Positions 39,301 through 51,300 of a stretch of DNA of 64,000 bases are shown piece after piece. Under the pieces are notes generated by a model. That model searched no databases. It was not told the DNA's origin and was given only the letters and a program-made list of their open reading frames with translations. Location of the stretch: positions 4,960,001 to 5,024,000 of the forward strand of contig OZ059898.1 in assembly GCA_964057225.1 (NCBI GenBank), read 5' to 3'. The position numbers and the translations under genes were made by a program. Each line of letters opens with the position of its first letter. Positions within the stretch are counted from its first letter, which is position 1. Source of the DNA: Auanema rhodensis (taxonomy: Eukaryota; Animalia; Nematoda).

Positions 39301-42300
39301 TCAGTTGGTAGTGGACTTCCATCTGGTCCCACAACTGGGTAGATAACATTTCCTGATTCGTCTGTAGGCAATTGTTCAGTAGCAGATTCACCAGAATCTG
39401 GCGAGACAGAGGGGTAGATGTAGTTTCCAGAAGCATCAGTTGGGAGAACTTCTCCATCAGGTCCTAGTGGTTTTCCTTCGTCGTCAGTTGGAACGATTGA
39501 ACCGTCAGCAGCAACATGTTGACCAGAAGCATCAGTTGGTAGTGGACTTCCATCTGGTCCCACAACTGGGTAGATAACATTTCCTGATTCGTCTGTAGGC
39601 AATTGTTCAGTAGCAGATTCACCAGAATCTGGCGAGACAGAGGGGTAGATGTAGTTTCCAGAAGCATCAGTTGGGAGAACTTCTCCATCAGGTCCTAGTG
39701 GTTTTCCTTCGTCGTCAGTTGGAACGATTGAACCGTCAGCAGCAACATGTTGACCAGAAGCATCAGTTGGAAGTGGACTTCCATCTGGTCCCACAACTGG
39801 GTAGATAACATTTCCTGATTCGTCTGTAGGCAATTGTTCAGTAGCAGATTCACCAGAATCTGGCGAGACAGAGGGGTAGATGTAGTTTCCAGAAGCATCA
39901 GTTGGGAGAACTTCTCCATCAGGTCCTAGTGGTTTTCCTTCGTCGTCAGTTGGAACGATTGAACCGTCAGCAGCAACATGTTGACCAGAAGCATCAGTTG
40001 GAAGTGGACTTCCATCTGGTCCCACAACTGGGTAGATAACATTTCCTGATTCGTCTGTAGGCAATTGTTCAGTAGTAGATTCACCAGAATCTGGCGAGAG
40101 AGAGGGGTAGATGTAGTTTCCAGAAGCATCAGTTGGGAGAACTTCTCCATCAGGTCCGAGTGGTTTTCCTTCGTCGTCAGTTGGAACGATTGAACCGTCA
40201 GCAGCAACATGTTGACCAGAAGCATCAGTTGGAAGTGGACTTCCATCTGGTCCCACAACCGGGTAGATAACATTTCCTGATTCATCTGTAGGCAATTGTT
40301 CAGTAGTAGATTCACCAGAATCTGGCGAGAGAGAGGGGTAGATGTAGTTTCCAGAAGCATCAGTTGGGAGAACTTCTCCATCAGGTCCGAGTGGTTTTCC
40401 TTCGTCGTCAGTTGGAACGATTGAACCGTCAGCAGCAACATGTTGACCAGAAGCATCAGTTGGTAGTGGGTTTCCATCTGGTCCCACAACCGGGTAGATA
40501 ACATTTCCTGATTCGTCTGTAGGCAATTGTTCAGTAGCAGATTCACCAGAATCTGGCGAGACAGAGGGGTAGATGTAGTTTCCAGAAGCATCAGTTGGGA
40601 GAACTTCTCCATCAGGTCCGAGTGGTTTTCCTTCATCGTCAGTTGGAACGATTGAACCGTCAGCAGCAACATGTTGACCAGAAACATCAGTTGGAAGTGG
40701 GCTTCCATCTGGACCAAGAATTGAGTTGATCTGATTTCCTGATCCATCAGTTGGCAATGTCGTTTGTGATCCAGCTATGTTCGGTTTAACGTATTTTCCG
40801 TCTGCATTCTTCGATAATGGTGTACCATTGCGGTCTACGGGGAGCCCGTTTGCGTTTGTTTCATATGCATTCCCATCTGAATCAGTGAATATACCATCTT
40901 GCTCCTCTAGCGGTTCTCCATCTACAATAATGAAAGGAATGGACTGTTCGTCTGGTTTTTCTGTGATTTCTTCACCAGTGCCGATATCTTCAATGTTTAT
41001 CGTTCCGTCTTCATTTATTGCTATTGGCTGTCCTTTATGGTCCAAATATCTGCCCCATTCATCAGTGTTCAATATGTACCCATTTGTAATTATCTTTCCG
41101 TCATCGTTAGGTATATATGGACTGCCGTCTTTGTCCTGCACTGTTATGATTGGTTTCCCGTCGCTATCAGTAGGAATCGTATTTCCATGACTATCTATTA
41201 GTGGATAAATCCATTGGTTGTTCTCATTCTTTCGTAAAGGCAAGCCATCTGGCCCTTGTGGTATCCCATCTTCATTCAGTTGCACTGGATCACCATTCAT
41301 ATCGATACGTTGGTTATCACTGTTCAGCGGAAGCTTTTTACCATTTGGCCCTACAATGTTCGGAACTTCGAATCCTGTTGAATCAGTCATAGATAACTGT
41401 GTTTTTGGTTTTTCATCAGAATCAGTGTGTGATGATTCGATTTCCTCCTGGCTGATGCTCAAATCCGTTTCTGTAGGCATTTGTGTGGATAGTTCCTCTG
41501 GCGACTGCTCAGTAGTAATTACCGCAGGAGTAACCTATAATCTTTTTGGGTTTTTCTATACTATATGAAAGCCGTTTAGCCACCTGTACAACATTTGGAG
41601 AAGTTACTGTTTCATCTAAAGGAATGCATGATTTTCTGTCTTGGCCAAGTTCAAAGCCGTCGTTACAATAGCACTTTGGTACCATCTTTCCTTCCGAGTT
41701 TTCTTCAAACGTACACGCATGTTGACAATCACATTCAACGTCTTAAATTGGATTCTTAAGTAAGACTTATAAATTTTCTTTAATATACCTCGTGGTGGAG
41801 TATGAATGAGAACGGGCTCGCTAGGTAGGTCATCACCATCTTCAAACTCAGCAGATACCTATCAAATGTTTTTAAATGAAAACGTCTTAAAATAAAAACT
41901 AGATTACTTGAACATAATAGTCCGTATCAGGGACTAAACCTCCTACGATGACACCACTTGTTTCATCAGGTGATGCCTCAGTTATTTGCAAATCCGTTGC
42001 ATCTGAAGCTGGCCACACCTTTATGAAATATTTCTGGAAGTAGAAGATTCTCTATATATGAGTGAGTATTGTTATGGTACCTTTATTGGCTGCGATGTTT
42101 TAGCTGGCTTGAAATCAACAACAGTTTCATCGTTTATATTGGTACCTACTCGTATATCAGTTGGTGGCTCTTGAACAAATGGATTATCGTACATTCAATA
42201 CACAATACTACTCACTTGGAGTCATGATAACCAAAGTAGGAGTTTGAATTCCTTGATCTGGGCTATCAACAACCAAATAATAATATGTTCCAGGTTCCAT

Positions 42301-45300
42301 ATCAGGAACAACTATATGCGTTAAAGGTAATCCATCTGATGGTATTTGATGCCATTCATCTTTTGGCATATTCTCATCATCTGTATAGAGAAGTGTCCAA
42401 TCATTTTGCTAAATGTCATCATCGTTTTGAAATAAAAGTGAATACCGTTTGTAATACCTTCAAATAATCTGGAATATCATCGGAAAACGAGAGAGCTATT
42501 TCTCCATTTTCAAATTTTGAAACAACAAAATCATCGCGCCATTCTGGTTTCAACCCTGAAATTTATTTATTTTTCAGATTTAACTAGGATTCAAGCGAAC
42601 CATCAATGGTTTCAACATTAATTGTCCAATTAGCTTGACCTAAAGGATTTTGAGCAACACAGTTAAAAACAGTATCTTCTGTTATGTTAGCCACTTGAAG
42701 AGAAAACATAGCTGATGAATGAACAGCGTCAACCTATAAACAGTTTGATGCTTAGAATATTACTACAAATTAAATTGAAAACACTTACTGTGCTTGGATC
42801 AATCTCGTATGTGCCGGCTCGAATCCATTTTACTTGTGGTTGTGGCAATCCAGTTGCATTACATGAGACAGTGATCTGAGATCCAGGCAGCACATGAATA
42901 GTAGTACTTCCTTCAACACCATTATCACCAGTGGAAATTTGAATATAAGGAGCAATTCCTAAAGTAATATAGAACTTCCTCTGATAATTATTGACTTTCA
43001 TACCATCTGGTAATGTCTTCATAATACATGGCTCAGAAAATACGCTTGGGCCATCAGGATAAATTGCTCGAATTTTGAAAACATAGTCTGTGTCTGGTTG
43101 TAAGAGATTTTGAATTTTGTGTTGAAGCTTGCTTGGATCATCAATGGTAATCTTGATCCAATCGCTAACTATCTTGTCATCAGCATCAACATTTTTGTCT
43201 CCAGGCACATAATATATTTCATATCCAATCGGATTAATATCAATTCCCTCTGGTTGTTTCCAAGCAACTTGGGCAGATTTTTGTCCATCTGGTTGAACTC
43301 TTAAGTCTGATGGCGGTCCTTCTCGTGCTAAAATATAATAAAACATCCTTTATATATGAAACAAGTACTAAAATTAATACCTTTTGACATTGTTCGGATG
43401 GTATATTGGTTGGAATATGGCCCTGGTCCATCATTGTTAATTGCTTGAATAACAACCGCATATGATGTATCAGTATCGACAAAATCTTTAATATCAGCGA
43501 TTCGTGGCCCGTCATAGTCTGGCTTATCATGATAAGACATCCATTCATTAATTGGCTTTGATTGAACTTGTCCAATCTGATGCTCTACGTTCTGAACAAT
43601 TGTTTTTTTTTTTACTTGAACATGTTTTTTTAAAATTCTATACCTGATCATCAAGAGGTGTATAATAGATAATATATTTGGTAATATTACCATTTGGAAT
43701 AGTAGGTGGATCCCATTGAACTGTGATTGTATGTGGACGATCTGCTGATAATTGAATATTTTCTGGTGATGTCCCAGGACCTAAAGGTAATATTTATGTA
43801 TATATTGAATACAATGTTTTTCCAACCTGCAACAACAACACTAAAGTCTGTTTCTTGAAGGCCTCCACGGTTTTCAGCTAAACATTTAGCTTTGGTTGAA
43901 CGACGTACGTCGACAAGCTTCAGAACAGGACCATCAGTTAATTGCTTAAAATGAAAGAATAAATCATAAATATATAATAAAAACAAACATTTCCGCTCAT
44001 ATCTACCCAACGAATACTTGGTTGAGGGAATCCATTTGAAATACATGTAACAGCATAATCAGTTCCAGCTGGTACTCGAATTTCATTGTTCTCTGTATCA
44101 ACATTGAATTCTGGCTTAGATGGTGGGATAACTAAAAATTAATGATCTACATGTACTTGTAATTATCATGTTATACCTCCATCACCGGTTTGGAAAATTT
44201 GATCATCACTTGGCGCTCCATCTATTTCACCTCTTGGAATAATTTGAACGTGATATTTCTGCTCTGGTGAGAAATTTTCCCCATCAATCCAGATATTCTG
44301 AATAGTTGATAGTATGATTAAATAAAAAAAATGTATGACATACAACTTTATCATCAGTTGTATTTGGATCAGAATATTTCAATTCTCTCCATTCAGTTTC
44401 ATCACTAGGTGGATCCTCATCGGTATATTTGATTATATAATCTTTAATATTTTTTGTTGAATCTTCTGGATCTTTTGGAGGATCAAATTCAATATAAACA
44501 GTATTATTGTCATGAACTGTTAGCTTTGGATCTTTGACACTATCGGGAGCTAAAACGTACTCTATTTGTTAAAAATTTGAAGAGTTCAACATACCTAATG
44601 GCAGAGTTCGCATTATTTGAGCGTCTGAAACAACGCCTGGTCCACGGTCACTAACTGCTTGAATCTTAATAGCATAATTTTGTTTTGGCTCTAATCCCTT
44701 CAATTGATGATTAATCGAATCACTATCAACAGTAACTTGAGACCAATCACTTGGTTCATTATCTCCTAAAAAAGGTATATAAAATCATAGTATTCCTCTG
44801 AATGATGCCTTCATTAATTTTTCCATAATGAATAATATAATTAGTAAGTTGTCCATTTGGATCATCAGGTGAAGTCCATTCCACGTTAACACCTTGCTCA
44901 TTTGAGGGCAGAAGAACTATTTCGTTTGGAGGTGTACCAGGACCTTTGATTAAGATTGGAATAACCTCTTGATCCTTACCAGCCTTGTTCTCAGCTACAC
45001 AGGTTACAGTGGTATCCTGATTATGGAAACTTTACTTTTTATTTTGATAATATTTGAATTACTTTAATAAGATCTGTCATTTGTAATGTACGACCATTAA
45101 TTTCATCTCCATTTTCCAAAACCCATTTAACTTCTGGTTGAGGAATTCCAGTTGCAGTACATACAATGCTAATAGATCCTTTCGGTTCAATTGATACTGG
45201 ATTATCACTTGGTTCAATAGTGATTATAGGACTAATTTCTATAATTAATATTATGAGATTAAATATAAATATTTTGAATTTCTAACCTCCACTTCCTGTT

Positions 45301-48300
45301 TCAAAAATAACTTCATCGGATGGCGGACCTTCATTTTGGTCATTTGATGCAGTAATACGGACCTAATATGAGAATATATTTTTTCTATTTTTTTTCTAAA
45401 CTAAACAAAACCTTATATGGCATATTTGGTTGAATATCGAATTGTTCTTTTTCAAGAGTGTATGTACCTCCATTCTCATCTGTCGAGGGTACATCAACTC
45501 GTTGCCAACTTGTATAGTCATCATCAGCTGTTCCGTCATTTGGTGTGAAATATATAGTATATTTCTGAAATTATGAATCAGTTCAATGTGTATGATAGAT
45601 GAATTATACCTGAATTGGTCCATTTGGTTGTGCTGGACCAGACCATGACAAGTTTACATTATTTTCAACTGAAACGGTAGGTAAAATCTCACGTGGCTCA
45701 TCGATTGGAGCTGAAATGTGAGTGATTTGAGTATAACGTCAAAATTAATTATAAATACCTCCACTAACAGTACTGAAATTTGTTGGATCAGAATATACTC
45801 CTTCTCCATCCTCATTAACGGCACTAATTTTCACATAATATGGAGTATCGGCTTCTAATTCTCCTCGTTCAAATATCAATTTTGGATCCTAAGCATAGTG
45901 CATTAGAAGGTTTTCATAATCTTATTGCTTTACATCAATATCAGTAACATCAAACTTTTGCCATTTTTCAACTGGTTCAGATGGATCACCAGTGATGTAA
46001 ACATTATATTTCTTGAGTTCACCATTAGGATATTTAGGTGGCTGCCATGTAATAGTAACTCGATTATCGGGATCAACAATTGCATTAATATCTTTTGGCG
46101 CACTTCCAGGTTCTAAATTATTAATTTAAAATACAGATAATATGTTCTGAAGTAATTTACTATTAACAATAAATAAATGCCTATCTTCAACAGTTCCGTC
46201 AACGTTTCGGGCTTGACAAAGTAGAATTCTCTTAGTTGATGTAATAGAATAAACTTGAATAGATTTATAACGATGTCGCTGCTCAGGGTCAGCAGTAATA
46301 GGAATAGGGACCGGCTCCTGAATTCATATTTACATGAAGTTGATTAATAATTTGAATTTTACATCTCCGCCTTCAGTTATATTAATAGGAAGCCAACTGT
46401 ATGATACACTCGGCATTGGTCTACCGTTAACAACACATCTGAAGTGGATAGGTTGAGCTGGATCAACGATTGTTTCTTTTTGATTGTGAGCAATGAGTGG
46501 ATCAGCAATTTCCAAAAGTACAGTCAATGGCACTTCTTAAAAAAATTCATTTTCACAGCTAAATGTTGTTTGACTGACGTTTGCGACCAGTAGTAACTTC
46601 ATACGATTCTGATATTATTCCAGGGCCATCATCAGTACTGGCTTGTACTTTGACAACATACGGAGTATCTTCATCATCAACAGCAACCAATAGATTTCGA
46701 GTATCTCCGTTGACTGTTTGTGATTCCCAATCTGATATTGGGCTATCTGGGTTTTTGGTATAATAAATAACATAATTCTATAAAATATACAATTAGTTCA
46801 TATATAACGATGCTTAATATCTTATACCGTAATCTTTCCATTTGGTCGTTTTGGTGGTTGCCAATTAACATTGAAACCGGTGTTTGTTGGTGATGGATGA
46901 ATATTCATTGGAGCACTACCAGGTCCAAGTATCTTCACTTCTGTTTTTTTTTCATCAGATCCTTCACTATTCACAGCTTGACATGTTGCAGCACCGGTTC
47001 TTGTTGTGCTTTGAGCGATAAGCTTGCTCTTCGATCGATCTTGAGCATCAATTGGCGTTGTGTCATAAACTCGAAAATCATCCTGGAATAAATATAGTAA
47101 CTTCTACTGAATATTCTATAGATTTCAACTTTTCCATCTTCCACAAGTTGACCGCTCCATAACCAAATAATTTTGGGTCTAGGAACTCCTTCAGCTTCAC
47201 ATTCAAATGAGAGCTCGTTTTGAGACGGCTTTTCAGATAAAGTTCCTGACGGGGCGACGGTTACTGTGGGAGCACGAGCTAAAAATTTTATAATACAACA
47301 AAAATATTAATTAAAAAGTATGAAAAACCTCCAAGCCATGTTGTTGCTGTAAAAGGATTTGTTGATATGCCTGGTCCGAGTTTATTTCGTCCACGAATTA
47401 CAAAGGAATACTTGGTTTTTTCATTCAAGTCAGCAATTTTAGCTGTTCGATTTAATGGATCATCAACACGTAAAATCTTCAAAGTATATTCCATGAGAAT
47501 TAACTATTTATATAAATCTTACTTTCCACTCATCACGTGGTAGGGATGGATCATCTGTATATAAGATATCATATCCTTCCATCGGTCCATTGGTTATACG
47601 TGGCTCTTCCCATTGCAGATTTACACTATCGCCATCTACTTGATACCGTACTCGTTCAGGTGCAGAAGGTCCTTTATATACGAATTTGATTTATTTTTCA
47701 AAAAATGATTATCATACCCGTTACTGTGATATTGATTTGTTTTGTTGTAACACCAGCTTCATTTTCAGCTACACATGTGAAAACAGTATTTTCAAAAATT
47801 CCTCCATTTTTCATTGAGATTTGGCCACCAATTTCTCCTTTTGATAATGGACGCCCCCTATTAAGATAATAATCATTTTAATTATTCGAATAGTTTAATG
47901 AAAGATAACTAACTTGTGTTGCCATGATAGTGTTGGTAATGGATCAGCCTTGATCATATAGCATTCTAATGCAAATGGCTCTAATGGAGCAACGCGAATC
48001 TCATCTCCTTCTTTGATCGCAATGATAGGCTGAGTTGCTGGAGGGAATGTGGATATCATCATCTGATTTCCGAGTCGTCCCTGTCCCATAGCATCATTGG
48101 CACGTAATCGCATAGCATATGTTGTATTTGGACGTAACTCATGAATGACAACCTCACGTGTTGGTTCTTAACAGGGAAAAAAGAAAATAAGTTGAAATAA
48201 TTTCTGAATATCACCTTTAACTTCAATTTTTTTCCAATTAATGATTGGTTGATTAGCATTATTAGTATAATATATTGTATATGATGTAATCGGACGATTA

Positions 48301-51300
48301 ATAATATTTGGAGGATCCCATCTAGCAGATATAGATGTGCGTCCTTTTTCAATTGACCGAACAACAGGAGCTGATCCTGGTCCTAAAATAAGTTATTTAT
48401 ATTGTTTATATAATATTTTAAATAAATTGAGTGTTCTTACCAGTAATAACTATATTGATTGTGCGTTCAACATGTCCTAAAGTATTATTCGCATGACAAG
48501 TAAATTCCGAATTTTTGAATAGTTCTTTAATGATCAAAATTTGTTTGCTATTAACTGTTCCTTCTTTGAAAGATAAGCCATCAACAGGTTCATCACCTCT
48601 ATAATATTTTATATTAACTATGTTTAAAGTAGTTGCCTATCTATTATACCTTTGCCAAAATATGTTTGGAAATGGATAAGCTACAGCAGCACAAGATATA
48701 TTGATATTTCCTCCTGGTGGAATCTCGTATGGACCAGCCGGATCCACATATAATTTCGGTGATCCTTTCAATACTGAAAAATTCACAAATAATAAATTAG
48801 AAAACATTTGATTCAGTAGAATACAACCAATCACCATTGAATATTACATCCAAAATAAATATTGTTCATTCACATTTTACGTGGAAAACGTGAAAATGGA
48901 ATATTCGTGTATAGACTTACATAGACATTTAGTTCCTTTTGGACATGTACAGACATATTGAGTATCATCGTGAGAAGAGCATGAACATTGTGCAAGTGAT
49001 CGACAAAGGTTTTTGGGAATAGGCTCTGAATGATTAATAATTATATAATTAGAACAATAGAATTAATAATTACTGATACACGTCTTCTGGTTATTATCTA
49101 AAGTCAACCCGCTGGGACATTTACATTCAACTCGATTTTCATCATCAATCGAATGGCAGATATGTGAACATCCACCATTATCAGATTCACAAAGACCTAT
49201 GATAAGATATTATAATCATTTTATTTTAATAAATTGATCAATTTACCTGTTCCTCTGCAAAGTGGTAAGGTGCTAACCCATTTCTTTTGTTGACAGAATA
49301 ATGTATCAACTTCATCAACCATTTCATAACCAAATTCACATTGATATTTAACAAATAAAAATGATCTTAATGAAAATGTAGCATTTCGTGGTAATGGTTT
49401 TCCCTGTTGTCGATAATATTGTAGAATTAATCTTCTCAGATTATCTGGTGGAACAAAAGCCATTGCTCGAACTCTAGAATAAAAAAAAAAGAAATAATAT
49501 ATAAGTTACTTATTAGTTGTTGTTTGTAAAAACATACGTAGCATGAGGAATTGCTGGTGGTGCTATAAGACCTGATTTTTGGCCTGATACATCTGTACAA
49601 GATGTATCAAGATCATTATAGTTAGGATAACAAAGTTCACGTCCAGATGCCTGTATATTATATTATTTTATTAACTATTATTTATTATTCATACATACCC
49701 TGGAACGTATACATTTGCCTTCATCTGGTGGAGGTATAGGTGGTGCAGACACTGAAATCCATTCGGTTACAACAGAATTTATTTTGTTGATAAATAATTA
49801 ATAAGTCACAGAGCATAGTTGCTGCTAACTAAACAGTAGCTAGGTATACATGCATACTCATGCAACAGATTATAGTTATTGGTCAGATATATGTATATAT
49901 AAATAAATAAATATATATATATATAGACCAAAAAAAAATAAAATTCACAACAGTTAATAAACTGAAAACAGAGGTTTAGTTAGAGAAATAAGAAATGTTA
50001 GAAAAGGTTAATACTATACTAGTTATTTAAATAATTGTACTGTCGAGCCACATAAACTTATCCATGTTCCATATCTGTTATGACTGTCATGTGAGCAAAT
50101 GTTTTTGATTAATTATCATATATTAGATTAAGCATAATTAGATATATACAGACATTATTATACAGAGAAAGCTTTTGTAAATTGAATTTCTTCCAATCTC
50201 TCTTATGATGTATTATGCTGTACCACAGTCGTCTTAGTCGATTCATTACGTGTATTACCACATTGACATGTTAACATGACGTTTCTTGTTTAATTTCAAT
50301 TATAAAATCTGATTTAAGTTTAAATTTTCTAGAAACGAATATAAACAGAAACATTATGATCAGATTTTAACATCGAATTTCCTCAGAAAATCGTCATCTT
50401 CCATGAATATCACTGTCACTTCAAATACTATTACAAGGTACTGTCACGATCACGATAGTGACAACAACGACGATAACGACGATCATCTAACCTTCTTCCA
50501 TTCCACAATAGTGAGAAGCTCGATCAGCTGACAGGACACATTTACCCGTTCCATTTGCTGCTAATACAACAGCCGGGCGAGGTGTTGAATCTGATGTCAC
50601 ATCTTCAGAAGCCGGGTCGATCGTCATTTCATCATCATTTAAATCATTCTCATCATCTGAACCTTCTGACTTTGACTTTGGAGTCGAATCCGTACATCTA
50701 ACACCGGCACCTTCTAGAGAAATAAGAGAGAAAACAATGAGAGGAATGTGGGCCTATAGGACGTCAATGAGACAACAAAGAAAAGCTTGCGAAAAGGCAG
50801 ATCATGCTGCATCGTATAATAGTTATGCTTTAATCCATGTAATAATTAGCATATTATCACATAATCAACGATATATCGTCAAGTTATCATATAGAATAAG
50901 CAAAGCATTAAAATATATATATATATTACTCAAAATTGATGTTAAATAGAAATATATAGAGGCCGTATATAGAATGTTGCGTTTATAAACATGCCATTTG
51001 TTCTCAGTTTTCAGATTTTTATTCTGATTTAATTGAACAGAATGCAGTTGCGACGTGCTCTAAGAGACATTCATGCATTAGGCTGATAGTTAAAGCTGAT
51101 GAAGCTTATAGTTAACGGTTTTAGGTACATGTTGCTAAGCTGTTTGTAATGAGAATAAGAAAAATATGCTTCGCATTCAGTATATGACTGACCAAGTATG
51201 GGACAGTATTTCGCACGTTTATACCGTCGTCGAATCAATGGTTCTGGTTGATGAACCGAGGTGTGTTTATGAAAAACTGGTAAAGGGGATTTTTCTGGAT

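Noticed and set aside
7024-40747. Long alternate-frame minus-strand ORFs (up to 1274 aa, [16 protein letters not shown]...)
   Set aside because: They are shadows of the array. One 231-bp unit happens to lack a stop in that frame, so the ORF is propagated by copying. It is broken at every B unit and by scattered synonymous changes of the real frame, which shows no selection to keep it open.
7060-40760. CRISPR array, satellite DNA or bacterial RTX/adhesin-type gene
   Set aside because: There are no unique spacers. The repeats are in-frame parts of exons in an intron-rich eukaryotic gene with splice phases matching the flanking exons.
6368-41480. Treating the 7293-aa and 4407-aa ORFs as two separate genes
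   Set aside because: Their ORF ends lie in introns. The canonical 52-nt intron joins them in frame in the middle of VWA1, and neither has its own signal peptide.
46160-46182. Apparent GC donor at GAT AG|GC (46180)
   Set aside because: The frame continues (RHLFIVN) to a canonical A|GTAAAT donor that matches the next exon's phase.
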